Positions 47,880-58,219 of a DNA stretch of 64,000 nucleotides are shown one piece after another. The notes below the pieces were generated by a model that saw only the letters and a program-made list of their open reading frames with translations, ran no database searches and was not told where the DNA came from. Position 1 is the first letter of the stretch. The number at the start of each line of letters is the position of its first letter. Source of the stretch: Patescibacteria group bacterium (GTDB lineage: Bacteria > Patescibacteriota > Minisyncoccia > Phycocordibacterales > UBA1006); the NCBI GenBank assembly GCA_028286885.1, contig JAQBQS010000003.1:44607-108606 (forward strand). Reading direction: 5' to 3'. The position numbers were made by a program, and so were the translations under genes.

Positions 47880-48425
47880 TTACTTAACGTAAACAGAACC
47901 TTCCTCGCACAGTTCGCACATGTATGAAATTCTGGATTTCTTGCCGGTCTTGTTTTTGTCGGGCGCGTAGACGGCGCATGCCTTGTCGCAGCGGAATCGC
48001 AGATATTGGTCGAGTGTTTTACCGGACTCTGTGCCGAGCATTGATTGGTAGTGCGATAGGTCTATTTCAAAATCAACAGGAACCATATTTTTGGCGACGA
48101 TGGAATATTTGCTTCCGACAAGGAGAACTTCTTCTGGAAGCAGAGACCATTCTTCGTCATTGATTGAATAATGCAAAAGTCTTTCAATGGGGGAATTAAA
48201 GTTAGAGGGTGTTTTGGTAAATAATACGGTAACTTTTTCGCCTTCGGACTTGGCGAGTTTTACAAATTCGGAAACGCGTCTCGGATGGCAGAATACGCCG
48301 CTGTAGCCGAGGAAAAACTTTCCGATCGCGGCCTGTTCCTTGGTTTTAATATCGATTATTTCCTCCAAGCTAAAACCGCAGAAAGGGCCGATTTTCATAA
48401 TGAGAATATACTTGGGCAAATTCAT
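47880..48425 (-). CDS. Hypothetical protein
   Basis: 181-aa ORF upstream of rlmH. Confidence 0.65.
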   Translation of the reverse strand: MNLPKYILIMKIGPFCGFSLEEIIDIKTKEQAAIGKFFLGYSGVFCHPRRVSEFVKLAKSEGEKVTVLFTKTPSNFNSPIERLLHYSINDEEWSLLPEEVLLVGSKYSIVAKNMVPVDFEIDLSHYQSMLGTESGKTLDQYLRFRCDKACAVYAPDKNKTGKKSRISYMCELCEEGSVYVK

Positions 48426-48520
48426 GACTTCGGGAGCATATCATATTGTTCTTATGAAATACATTCTTGAGAAATCGCCGCATTAAAAAAGCGCTCAAGC
48501 GCTTTTTTAATGAAGGAATT

Positions 48521-49630
48521 TTATTTTGTTCGGAATGACATGGAATCTCCCAATGTCGTGCCGACGCTGTTTTGAGCGACAAGGCGGAAATAGTAGGTCG
48601 TGCGGCTGTTGAGCCCTGATACTGTTGATTGGATCGAATCGGAGCTCGTGCCTGACCCTGCGGACTGCTGTGCCGAATTGGTCACGCCTGTTGCGAACGA
48701 CGGATCGATCGTGTATTCGAACCAGTAGCTCGTGCCTGCGCCGTCAGGATTGACGGTACCTCGAAGCGTTGCGGCGGTTGCCGTAATTCCGGTCGCGCTT
48801 CGCGTAGTGACCGAAGGTGCAGTCGGAGCAGCAGGCCCGGAAGTCTTGAAATTCTGTATCGTTCCGCTCACGGTGCCAAACTGGTTTTGCGCGTCGATGC
48901 GGAAGTAATACGTTGTCAGGGGGTTCAGGTTGTAAACGGGGATGGATGCCGCAATGGCGCTGGTGCCGCTGCCCGCTGATACCAGCGAAGTTGTATTGTT
49001 AAGGCTTGTCGTCGTTCCATATTCGAACCAATAATTGGTCTGAACGCCGTTAGGAATAACGGAACCGTTCAAACTCGCTGAATTTCTTGCGATGTCGTTT
49101 GCGGCCCGCGTGCTAACGGCAGGAATCGTTCCGGCAGGCGCAGGAGTGCCCATGGTTGTCTGGAATGAGTACGTTGTGCCGTTCGTCCGGCCATACTGGT
49201 TTTCAGCGACAAGGCGAAAATAATATTTCGTGCTCTTGGCAAGTCCGGTGATGTATCCGGGCGCCGAAGTCGTTGCATATCCGGAGCCTACGCTTTGGTT
49301 AGGCGTCTTGCTTCCCAGATTTGAAGAGGTTCCATATTCGAACCAGTAGCTGGTAAACGCTCCGTTAGGACTGATCGTTCCCGCAACGATTGCGGCCGTG
49401 TCGCTCGGAGTTGAGCTCGATCCGGTTATGACGGAAGGCGCGCTCGGCTGTGCAGATGGTTTGGAAGGAGTGCTTCCGTTTGTTCCCGTGTCCGTACTCG
49501 CCGGCGTCCCTAGAGGAGTCACGATGACATTGGTGGGTGCCGGATTTCCCGTCTTAACGATTGCCAATACAATTGCCGCGATGGCAACCAATCCGATAAT
49601 TCCCACGACGATTGCTGTGTTTCTGTTCAT
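48521..49630 (-). CDS. Membrane-anchored protein with three FN3-like repeats
   Basis: Three copies of GT(I/V).PNG..T.YWFEYG...GL...T.YYFR..A.N..G. Confidence 0.85.
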   Translation of the reverse strand: MNRNTAIVVGIIGLVAIAAIVLAIVKTGNPAPTNVIVTPLGTPASTDTGTNGSTPSKPSAQPSAPSVITGSSSTPSDTAAIVAGTISPNGAFTSYWFEYGTSSNLGSKTPNQSVGSGYATTSAPGYITGLAKSTKYYFRLVAENQYGRTNGTTYSFQTTMGTPAPAGTIPAVSTRAANDIARNSASLNGSVIPNGVQTNYWFEYGTTTSLNNTTSLVSAGSGTSAIAASIPVYNLNPLTTYYFRIDAQNQFGTVSGTIQNFKTSGPAAPTAPSVTTRSATGITATAATLRGTVNPDGAGTSYWFEYTIDPSFATGVTNSAQQSAGSGTSSDSIQSTVSGLNSRTTYYFRLVAQNSVGTTLGDSMSFRTK

Positions 49631-49773
49631 ACGCTTCTTTCATGGTGATTATGACTAATCGTGCAGCGACCTCAACTGGGGTGGATGCACATAACCAGTA
49701 TACTCCTTATATTTTTACAAATGGGGTAAGCAGAGATTTGATCTTGTCGGGCCGGTGTTCTATACTTCAATTT

Positions 49774-50274
49774 ATGATCCAGAAATCAAAACCAGCCTAT
49801 TTTTTCAAGACCATAAAGTCGCCTGTAGGAATATTGAAATTGATTGCAAGCGATAAAGCACTTGTGGGAATTTTGTGGGAAAACGACAATCCCAACCGCA
49901 TTCAGATCCGCGAATATGCCAAGAATGCAAACCACCCAGTCTTGCTGAAAGCGGAAAAGGAGCTCGGCGAATATTTTGCCGGCAAGCGCAAGAAGTTTTC
50001 GGTGAAGATGGATTTTGCGGGAACTGAATTTCAGAAATCGGTATGGGCGACGCTTTTGACGATTCCGTTTGGCGAAACGCGCAGCTATGCCGACATCGCC
50101 AAGCAGATCAAGAATCCCAAAGCCGTCAGAGCGGCAGGTTCCGCCATCGGCAAGAATCCGATTTCGATCATCGCGCCATGCCATCGCGTGGTTGCAACGT
50201 CGGGCAAGCTTGCGGGATTTGCGGGCGGACTTGCGAACAAGAAGAAGCTTTTGGATTTGGAGTGCAAAAAATAA
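49774..50274 (+). CDS. ogt: Methylated-DNA--protein-cysteine methyltransferase
   Basis: GTEFQKSVW, IPFGETRSY, NPISIIAPCHRVV. Confidence 0.95.
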   Translation: MIQKSKPAYFFKTIKSPVGILKLIASDKALVGILWENDNPNRIQIREYAKNANHPVLLKAEKELGEYFAGKRKKFSVKMDFAGTEFQKSVWATLLTIPFGETRSYADIAKQIKNPKAVRAAGSAIGKNPISIIAPCHRVVATSGKLAGFAGGLANKKKLLDLECKK

Positions 50275-50300
50275 AATCTTTTTTAAATAAAAAAAGCGCT

Positions 50301-50771
50301 CTAAGTTGAGCGCTTTTTGCGGTATTTAGAAAATGCGACCAGCATTCCTATTACAAAGTAAGCGATAACTACGATGCAGCTGCCGAAGAAGAAACCTTTC
50401 ATAAAATGAAAATCTTTCGAAATGAATGCAAAAACATATAACCATATTATTCCTGCTCCGAAAGCGTGAAGAAAAATACCGGTGTAGAGAAATGTTATCA
50501 TCGTTGCGAAGACGGGTCTCTTGTTTCCTCCGAGGAGTCGATAAAGAGGTTTGGTCGTTTCTTCCGTGACAACGGGATTCCAGCTTGACCAGAACATTTC
50601 AATTGCAGCGAGAATCTTTTTCTGTTTCATTAATTTCCAAACTCTCTTGTATCCTTTTGATCGGAACAAAGATTCTGAAAAAGAATGTTCAGGCCCCATC
50701 CATCGGTTCTTAAAATAAAACAGCGGAGGAAAGAGGGCCTGGGCGAGGGTGTAAGCGATGAGTCTAAGCAT
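50301..50771 (-). CDS. Membrane protein, weak MBOAT-like pattern
   Basis: FWSSWNPV, TFLYTGIFLH; hydrophobic C-terminus. Confidence 0.5.
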   Translation of the reverse strand: MLRLIAYTLAQALFPPLFYFKNRWMGPEHSFSESLFRSKGYKRVWKLMKQKKILAAIEMFWSSWNPVVTEETTKPLYRLLGGNKRPVFATMITFLYTGIFLHAFGAGIIWLYVFAFISKDFHFMKGFFFGSCIVVIAYFVIGMLVAFSKYRKKRST

Positions 50772-50955
50772 TTTTATTTTTTTCTTGAAGAAATAGTTTT
50801 TTGTCCAATTGGCAGTAACGCTATTATTTAGTATAAATTAGCATATAAAACATCTTTTGTCAAAAAATGCTTGGTAAAGTAAAAAATGGATAATTTATTT
50901 TGAATTTATTGGATCATTTCCTCGGAAGCGAAATTCGTGATAAGGTTTCAATAGT

Positions 50956-52428
50956 ATGGAAAGCGTAATAATTTCGGGACAATCGAAAAAATCCGGCAAA
51001 AGCGAGTTTGAAAAAACGAAGCTTTACGAGTCGGAAAAGGAAATACCGGGCTCAGTAAAAGGTTCGCATCTTGAAAAGATGGAAGAATATAGATTGAAAG
51101 TCAGGTCATATGACTCATCCAATCCGGACGAGTATATCCGTTTTTCTCTCGGAGAGGGGGCAGGCAAGGATTATATCAGCGCCACGCTTGTAAATTATTA
51201 CGATAGCAAGAAAACGCTAGCCCACCTAGGAATGAAAGGAGGCTATCCGGAGTACGTTATTTCCGGAGTTGATGAAAATGCGAAACGTTCCGATTCTTAC
51301 AGAAACTGTACTTGCGTTATAGCGGCCGGAGAGGATGTTCGAACTGGCAAGCAGATATCCTTCATGACGCATCAGAATCCAAGCTTTGCTTTTTCGACCG
51401 CAAGCGAGGATTTTAAGCGTGATCTTGGCGATACGATCAGAGAGTTTTTATCAAGGATCAAAGAAGGAACGGAGGACGTTGTCATTTTGGGCGGAAATTA
51501 TTATGAAAGCGTAAACAATGAGAACAAAAACGTTGAGCGAGTTTTTACGAACGCCGAGCAATATGCCGAATCGCTTCCAAGGCTTGCCGAGCTTATAACC
51601 TCGGAGTTCCGTCGTTCGGGGGTGGAGATACCGCCGGTGGTTCTTGTCGGACCGGATCTTTCAGATCCCTCTTCAAAATTTAAAGAAATGGACGTCGTGA
51701 TTGACACCCAAGCCCGCCTTGTTGTTACCGCGCGCAGCAAGCAATTTTATCAAATATCCGACGAGGTGCACGATTCTTCCGATACTCCGGCGGTTCTCGG
51801 CATCTTGGAAGAAAACAAAATTCGCGTCGGCAAGCCTTTCCGAAAGCATCGCTCGGACGAGCTTCTTGAGCTTGCGAATGAAAAAGCGTCGCGTCACGTG
51901 AAAGGCGAAGAAAAGGATTTTGTTCCTCGAACGGAAAGAGAAACGTACGAACTTTTAAAATCGCTGAAACTCCCGGTGTTTGAAAAGTTCGAGAGGGGAA
52001 ACGAGGCCGATGTCGGCGAGATAAACATCGGCTCCAAAAGCGAGCATGACAATATGGATCTTATTTACGGAGACGTAGCGTCCGAACTTTTGAAAAAGAA
52101 GATTGTCGACATATCCAACATTCAGGAATTTTTAGACAGCGCGATAGCGGATATGGTTCTCATGTCCGAGCAGTCAATGGAAATTTTAAGCCCGCAAAAC
52201 TCGTTTCTTTATTATTACGGCAAAACCACGGGTGATATCTCGTACCTGATAGGGGGAATCGGAGGATATATGCATATCGAAAAAAATACTGAAAACAGGG
52301 AAGATGCGCTGGTTCGAAATGTCGCGAATTTCATGAAGAGTTTTCATACGTTTATCGATTCCTTTGCAAAGCCGGAACATATTTCCAAGTACATGGAAAT
52401 TTTCCAAGTACATGGAAATGCTCAGTAG
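50956..52428 (+). CDS. Hypothetical protein with a CheD/CNF1-like Cys-His motif
   Basis: SDSYRNCTCVIAAG...SFMTHQNP...VVILGGN. Confidence 0.55.
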   Translation: MESVIISGQSKKSGKSEFEKTKLYESEKEIPGSVKGSHLEKMEEYRLKVRSYDSSNPDEYIRFSLGEGAGKDYISATLVNYYDSKKTLAHLGMKGGYPEYVISGVDENAKRSDSYRNCTCVIAAGEDVRTGKQISFMTHQNPSFAFSTASEDFKRDLGDTIREFLSRIKEGTEDVVILGGNYYESVNNENKNVERVFTNAEQYAESLPRLAELITSEFRRSGVEIPPVVLVGPDLSDPSSKFKEMDVVIDTQARLVVTARSKQFYQISDEVHDSSDTPAVLGILEENKIRVGKPFRKHRSDELLELANEKASRHVKGEEKDFVPRTERETYELLKSLKLPVFEKFERGNEADVGEINIGSKSEHDNMDLIYGDVASELLKKKIVDISNIQEFLDSAIADMVLMSEQSMEILSPQNSFLYYYGKTTGDISYLIGGIGGYMHIEKNTENREDALVRNVANFMKSFHTFIDSFAKPEHISKYMEIFQVHGNAQ

Positions 52429-52525
52429 TAAGCATCAAGGATGCATTGAGAGAAAATCTCGATCCGAAAAGATATCGTTCGCTCATCGAGACATTTTAAA
52501 AGAGAGATTGTCATAATAAATTCAC

Positions 52526-53077
52526 ATGGAATCAAACCTACCAACAAAAGAACAAGCGAAAGAATTGCTTTACAAGCACGTCACGGACGAGTATCAGCGC
52601 CTTCACGCCCTCATGGTCGGCACCGCACTTGAAGGGTACGCGCGCTTGTTCGGCGAGGATGAACATTTGTGGTTTATAACCGGGTATTTGCACGATCTCG
52701 ATTTCCAAGAATACCCGACGATCCATCCCGGCGAATCGATGAAATGGTTTGCCGAGTGGCAGTATCCGCAGGAATTAATTCATGCCGTCCATGCGCATGC
52801 GCTCGGATACAACGGATATACGCAAGAACCCGAGACGAAACTCGCCTCGGCTCTGATTGCGTGCGACGAAATCTGCGGAATCTTTTACGCGTATCGGAAA
52901 TTGAATCCGGTTCCCTACAATCAGATCAAGCAGAGCTCGATCTTGAAAAGACTGAAAGAAAAAGCGTTTGCTCCGGGAATCAAGAGGGAAGACATTCAGT
53001 ACGGATGCCAAAAATTAGGCGTGACGATAGAAGACCACGTCAAAAACCTGATTGATTTTTTGGGTGAGATCGCCTAG
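52526..53077 (+). CDS. HD-domain metal-dependent hydrolase
   Basis: HALMV, GYLHDLD, HAVHAH, ACDE. Confidence 0.9.
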   Translation: MESNLPTKEQAKELLYKHVTDEYQRLHALMVGTALEGYARLFGEDEHLWFITGYLHDLDFQEYPTIHPGESMKWFAEWQYPQELIHAVHAHALGYNGYTQEPETKLASALIACDEICGIFYAYRKLNPVPYNQIKQSSILKRLKEKAFAPGIKREDIQYGCQKLGVTIEDHVKNLIDFLGEIA

Positions 53078-53085
53078 AACGTAAT

Positions 53086-53754
53086 TTACTTTCTCACCTC
53101 ATTTGAAACGTTTGATTCGTGGACAATTTCTATCCACATGGGTTTCGATGATGGCAGCAAGACTACTTCTTCGCCCGATTCGAAAATTTTTGAATGATTG
53201 TATTGAAGAATGCATCCATCTTTAGGGGCGATCATTGATAGGAAGTGATTATTTTTTGCATTAAATTCGTGCGTAATATCCGTTCTTAGGTCCAATTGCT
53301 GGCCTTTTTCCAAGCTCACGATGCACCTACGGAGATTGTCTTCCGCATAGGTCTGAACTGCTTCCATGTACTGATTGTCGAACATATCATCGTTATCGAT
53401 TCTCGAAGTGATGAACCATTCGTTTTTATAACCACTGTCATCTATAAACTTCTCAAAACGAAAAGGCTCGTCGTCCCCGAAATACAGATCTATAAAATCA
53501 TACTGTTTTTTGAGTCCTTGTATTTTTTCCTTGAAAGCTGCCGGGGTTTCCTTGTGAAAAAGAATAATCCACTTGAAATTTTGAGATGTCTGGTTCTTAA
53601 TGGAAGGGAACGTATAAGTTTCAAACAAGCGGAATCTGTTTTCCAAGTAGGCCGAATCCAGAATCAAGTTCATCGGATTATTGTTCGGATCTCTTAACTT
53701 GGCATAGGTTGCCCTTATATTGAATCTTGTTATTAAAAAATGTTGGTAGCTCAT
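53086..53754 (-). CDS. Putative rhamnosyltransferase-family glycosyltransferase
   Basis: HFLITRFN, RFRLFE.YTFPS..NQT..NFKW, SRIDNDD. Confidence 0.85.
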   Translation of the reverse strand: MSYQHFLITRFNIRATYAKLRDPNNNPMNLILDSAYLENRFRLFETYTFPSIKNQTSQNFKWIILFHKETPAAFKEKIQGLKKQYDFIDLYFGDDEPFRFEKFIDDSGYKNEWFITSRIDNDDMFDNQYMEAVQTYAEDNLRRCIVSLEKGQQLDLRTDITHEFNAKNNHFLSMIAPKDGCILQYNHSKIFESGEEVVLLPSSKPMWIEIVHESNVSNEVRK

Positions 53755-53800
53755 AAAGTTTTATTATGTTCAGTAATAGCAAAAACTACTTGCAATGGAA

Positions 53801-54253
53801 CTATTTTAGCTCCTCAGCCAGCCCCACAAGAATTCCCTCGGGACCTCGGATATAACAGAGCCGATACGAGTTCTCATATTGAACCACTTCGCCAACTATT
53901 TTTGCGCCGTGTTTTTCAAGTCGTTCAAGCGTCTCATCGATGTCGCTTACCGTGAACATTGCACGGAGATAACCCAATGCGTTCACAGGATCATTGCGGT
54001 GATCAGCGACTATGGCCGGAGCAATAAATCGCGAGAGTTCAATTCGGCTGTGGCCGTCGGGAGTGATCATCATTGCGATCTCAACTTCTTGGTTCCCGAG
54101 TCCTGTAACGCGACCGGCCCATTCTCCCTCGACCATAGCTCGCCCTTCAAGTTTGAGTCCAAGTTCGGTGAAAAAAGAAATAACCTCGTCGAGCGATTCC
54201 ACGACGATGCCGATGTTGTCCATTCGGAGGAGGGTGGATTTTTTAGAGATCAT
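53801..54253 (-). CDS. VOC/glyoxalase family protein
   Basis: RMDNIGIVV, FF.ELGL, RIELSRF, LCYIRGPEG. Confidence 0.92.
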   Translation of the reverse strand: MISKKSTLLRMDNIGIVVESLDEVISFFTELGLKLEGRAMVEGEWAGRVTGLGNQEVEIAMMITPDGHSRIELSRFIAPAIVADHRNDPVNALGYLRAMFTVSDIDETLERLEKHGAKIVGEVVQYENSYRLCYIRGPEGILVGLAEELK

Positions 54254-54423
54254 ATTTGTGAACATACAGCCCCTAGAGTGGACCACCTTTGAAACAGAGA
54301 TTCTGCGCTGGAAAAGCACTGTCTCAGTATACGGGCGTTTATTCAAGGAATCTGAGGAGCTTAATTTAAGCGTTAGTTTTTAATCAAAGTATCTGAGAAT
54401 TATTACCTTAAGGGTAATAGAAC

Positions 54424-56487
54424 TTACAAAGATAGAACATTTGTAAAAATGTCATCGAGGTCGGCTTTGTGGTCTGTGTGCATTGTAGAAAGGTTGTCAT
54501 TGCTACAGTAATCTACAACCTCTTGCAGTCCCTTACTAGGAAATTGTAGATAGGTTTCAATTGCTCCGTATGAGAGGACAAAAACCCTTATTGCTCTTAA
54601 GTTAATTATTTTTTCTTTGATTTTTAAAATCACTGCAGGATTTAAAGTAAGGACAGAGATTATTTTTGAGAAAGGTATTCGCTTTTTATATAGGAAATAC
54701 CAAATATCTTTTATTTGATTTATTTCATCCTGGCTTATAGCAGATACATCCTTATCTTTTATTTCCTGCATTGCATTGAATAAATCAGCTGTAATCTTAG
54801 TTCCTGATTGTGAGAGGGTGCTTTTGACGCGCGTTATTGTGTCGGCATCTAATCCTGACAATAAAATCTCCTCTTTGGCAGTCTCTATCCCTAAGTCAGA
54901 AAATTGCTCAAGAAAGTCAAAATCAGTTATAAATGCTGACTTTATTTTTAACTTATCTAGAAAATCAAACCATTTCTTATATTCATGCTTACCGTTTATG
55001 GAAAGAAATTCAAAATCTTCATCTGATTTACCTGCTTTATTTAGAAAATATGAATAAAAATAGTTATCAGTTTCGCCTTCAACCAAAATAACCTTATTTG
55101 TGAAGAAAATCTTTGCTGAATTTGTATAATTTAAAAATTTTATCAAATCTTCTTCAGAAGAAGTGACCACATTTCCTTGAACAATGTTTGTTGCAGAATT
55201 TTCAACATAAAACCGATAGGTGTTTTTTATTGTTTTCTCATCGATGAAAACAGGGGAATGTGTTATCAGAATTGACTGCAGGCCATAATCATTAGAAAAG
55301 CGCTTTAATAGATTGAAATATTTTTTCTGCAATTTTGGATGTAAGTGTATCTCAGGTTCATCTATAACAAGGAGTCCATTTTTTATCTCTAATCCCATTA
55401 CAAGGAAAATAAGCGAAAATATACTTTTTTGGCCACTGCTAAGTTGATTGAAATCCATAACTCGACCATTTTTAGTTGTGTATATTTCTATAACTATTGC
55501 CTTAATACTTGGCGGGGGTATTTCTCTATATCTAACTTTAAGTCCTAGATATTCATCAAGCATGTTGTTTATGTCATGCAATAAAGAGCCTGTGGCTGTA
55601 AATTGTTTGGTTATAGAATCAGGTACGCTTAAAGAGCCGTAGCTATCTTTTGCGATTTTATTTCCGACCTTAGTAAAGGGAATGTTAAAAATATGCCCTG
55701 AATCAGAACTATTTTTTATATTGACACCTTTTTGCCCATCCTCTAGATTGCCAACTTGATTCTCTTGTCCGGTATTGAAATTAATCTGTGGAGGAAAACT
55801 ACTTATGAATCTTTGAGCTCCTAAGAATTCAAACGATATTACTAGCTCGTCCCAGTTTTTTGATTCTCGCTCCGTACCGATAATGATAAGTTTCTTGAAC
55901 AAGTCGAAGTTTTTCAGATAAAAATTGACAATTTTTTGCTCATCTGTACCATCGGGTTCAAGAGAAAAGACTAACCTTGGTTGGCCATTATCAAGTTTAA
56001 ATTTGAAACTAACATTCGAGATTGTCGAAATATTTGTGGTTTCAATTGGGAACGCAGAAACATTAAGCAGCCCTTGTGCGTATTTCCTTGAGATTTCATT
56101 TATTATTGCAAAATTTGCCTTAATAAATTCTAGGTTTTTTCTATCAGATTCATTCAATTCAATTTTTAATTCAAGGTAAGAATTTTTAGTACTTGAAAGG
56201 TTGTGCTTATCAAGCCTCAAGCCATTACGAGTATTCTCCTTTTTCTTCAAATACCGAGGATTTTTGGAGCGGTCTGTGTCGTATGCGGGCTCATAATCAT
56301 ATGGCTCAACAAAGTAAATTTGGAAAAGCGTAAATAAGATTTCAACAAAATTGCTTTTCCCCGAACCGTTTGCGCCAACAATAATATTTAAAGCGTCACC
56401 GAATATAATATCTGAGGGAGAGGTATTAAAATCAGCTTTTTCTGCAAAACTTAATATATTTGAAATTTTGACCTCTTTGATTTTCAT
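54424..56487 (-). CDS. OLD-family ATP-dependent nuclease (ABC ATPase plus TOPRIM)
   Basis: GANGSGKS, LSSGQ, VIDEPEIHLHP, ITHS, ILVEGETD, TDFD; AT-rich. Confidence 0.9.
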   Translation of the reverse strand: MKIKEVKISNILSFAEKADFNTSPSDIIFGDALNIIVGANGSGKSNFVEILFTLFQIYFVEPYDYEPAYDTDRSKNPRYLKKKENTRNGLRLDKHNLSSTKNSYLELKIELNESDRKNLEFIKANFAIINEISRKYAQGLLNVSAFPIETTNISTISNVSFKFKLDNGQPRLVFSLEPDGTDEQKIVNFYLKNFDLFKKLIIIGTERESKNWDELVISFEFLGAQRFISSFPPQINFNTGQENQVGNLEDGQKGVNIKNSSDSGHIFNIPFTKVGNKIAKDSYGSLSVPDSITKQFTATGSLLHDINNMLDEYLGLKVRYREIPPPSIKAIVIEIYTTKNGRVMDFNQLSSGQKSIFSLIFLVMGLEIKNGLLVIDEPEIHLHPKLQKKYFNLLKRFSNDYGLQSILITHSPVFIDEKTIKNTYRFYVENSATNIVQGNVVTSSEEDLIKFLNYTNSAKIFFTNKVILVEGETDNYFYSYFLNKAGKSDEDFEFLSINGKHEYKKWFDFLDKLKIKSAFITDFDFLEQFSDLGIETAKEEILLSGLDADTITRVKSTLSQSGTKITADLFNAMQEIKDKDVSAISQDEINQIKDIWYFLYKKRIPFSKIISVLTLNPAVILKIKEKIINLRAIRVFVLSYGAIETYLQFPSKGLQEVVDYCSNDNLSTMHTDHKADLDDIFTNVLSL

Positions 56488-56628
56488 ATTATTATCTATT
56501 CTACAATGTTCTTACTTTATTTAATAGGCATTTAAAATACCCCTATTCGGAAATAGTGAGTGGAATACCAAAACAGACCTTAGTGTTTAAGCTTAATAAG
56601 GAGAATATAGATGAAAAATCTCTGTCTG

Positions 56629-56700
56629 TGACCTTACGGGGAATCGAACCCCGCTTCCAGGAATGAGAATCCTGTGTCCTAGCCGATAGACGATAAGGCC
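56629..56700 (-). tRNA. tRNA-Glu (anticodon CTC)
   Basis: GGCCTTA...CAGGA-TTCTCAT-TCCTG...GGTTCGATTCC..TAAGGTCA; CCA not encoded. Confidence 0.96.
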
Positions 56701-56811
56701 GGCTGTCTTCTTGGCAAAGACTTGCCAAGCGGGAAATAGTATACCTATTTTGGGATTTTTTTCAAGTAAAAAAGCCGTCAATCATTTGACGGCTCTGTTC
56801 TAATAGAGAAG

Positions 56812-57411
56812 TTATTTCGGCTCAAGGCTTTTAAAAAAGTAGTCGCGGATCTCTTTTGGAAAACCTCTTAGTTTTCTCCGAGTAGGCATGGGTCCTGATT
56901 CAGCATATCTGTCATACAGATATCTGAGACGCGCGATAGCTTTCTCTCTTTGATCTAGCCGGTAACCCTTTGGAGAGTCGACGATCTTCTTGATCTTTTC
57001 AAAGACGACTTCGTCAAGGTTTTTTATGGCTTGGCTTCTTGCCTTCGCGAGTCTTTTTAATCTCGAGTCGAAGCTTTTTGCAGGATCTAAAGAGCGGGTC
57101 ATGATAGACAAGACGCAGGAGAGGTTACTTTCTAGTGAATTAAATTTTTCTGATGAAAGATTTTTCTCCAAGATTTTGTTGAGGATCATCTCCTCGAGAT
57201 CGACAATAGCGGTTACGAATTCAGACCTAAAATTGTCTCTTTTGCCGCGAGGAAAATTAAAATTCAAATTATCGGTATTGAAGGCATACATTTCTTTGAG
57301 GAGTTCTGTATTTTTCTCGACCGAATTTTTCTGATGATCGTGAAGCGTTACTTTTTGAAGGAGTAGCACCAACTTGATGAGGTGTGGGTAGGTAGGACCG
57401 GTGTTTTTCAT
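56812..57411 (-). CDS. Hypothetical basic helical protein
   Basis: About 199-aa ORF with downstream hairpin. Confidence 0.6.
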   Translation of the reverse strand: MKNTGPTYPHLIKLVLLLQKVTLHDHQKNSVEKNTELLKEMYAFNTDNLNFNFPRGKRDNFRSEFVTAIVDLEEMILNKILEKNLSSEKFNSLESNLSCVLSIMTRSLDPAKSFDSRLKRLAKARSQAIKNLDEVVFEKIKKIVDSPKGYRLDQREKAIARLRYLYDRYAESGPMPTRRKLRGFPKEIRDYFFKSLEPK

Positions 57412-57520
57412 GATATTTTGTTTTTTAAATAGTACCATGAATATTAAAATAAGGCAAATTATCAAACTTCTCTAAGTTATTCCTTGCGATAAAAGTCGTT
57501 ACCTTGGTATAATAGTTTCC

Positions 57521-58216
57521 ATGATTCGTTTTGAACACGTAACCAAACACTACACAGATGACGACCGATCGGTTGAGGATATCAACCTTTCCGTGCACGC
57601 AGGGGAATTCGTCTCCATCGTGGGACATTCCGGCGCAGGGAAGACGACGCTGATTCGATTATTATTAGGAGAGATCAAGCCGACGGCCGGAAACATCTGG
57701 TTTGATGACTTTGACGTTGATGCCTTGAAACGATCGCAGCTGCCTATGTATCGAAGGCGTATCGGAGTTGTCTTTCAGGATTTTAGATTATTGAATAATC
57801 GAACGGCATTTGAAAACGTCGCATTCGCGATGGAGGCGGCAGGACGAAGTGATGACGAGATCGTAGCGGACGTTCCGCATGCGCTCGAACTCGTGGGGCT
57901 GACACACAAGGCGCGAAGCTTCCCGCAGGAAATGTCGGGAGGAGAGCGGCAGAGACTTGCCATTGCGCGCGCGATCATCAATCAGCCGGAGGTCATCTTG
58001 GCGGACGAACCTACTGGAAACCTTGATCCTGATTCCACGAGGGAAGTCATTGAAATTTTGAAAAAGATCAACGATCTCGGTACGACAGTCATCTTGACGA
58101 CGCATAACAAGTCTGTCGTCGACGGACTCGGCAAGCGCGTTGTCACCTTGTCCAAGGGAAGGCTGGTCAAGGACGCGGCCGTCGGACGCTATCATCACCA
58201 CGAAACCGAAGAATAA
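57521..58216 (+). CDS. ftsE: Cell division ATP-binding protein FtsE
   Basis: GHSGAGKTT, GVVFQDFRLL, MSGGERQR, ADEPTGNLD; adjacent ftsX. Confidence 0.95.
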   Translation: MIRFEHVTKHYTDDDRSVEDINLSVHAGEFVSIVGHSGAGKTTLIRLLLGEIKPTAGNIWFDDFDVDALKRSQLPMYRRRIGVVFQDFRLLNNRTAFENVAFAMEAAGRSDDEIVADVPHALELVGLTHKARSFPQEMSGGERQRLAIARAIINQPEVILADEPTGNLDPDSTREVIEILKKINDLGTTVILTTHNKSVVDGLGKRVVTLSKGRLVKDAAVGRYHHHETEE

Positions 58217-58219
58217 CCT

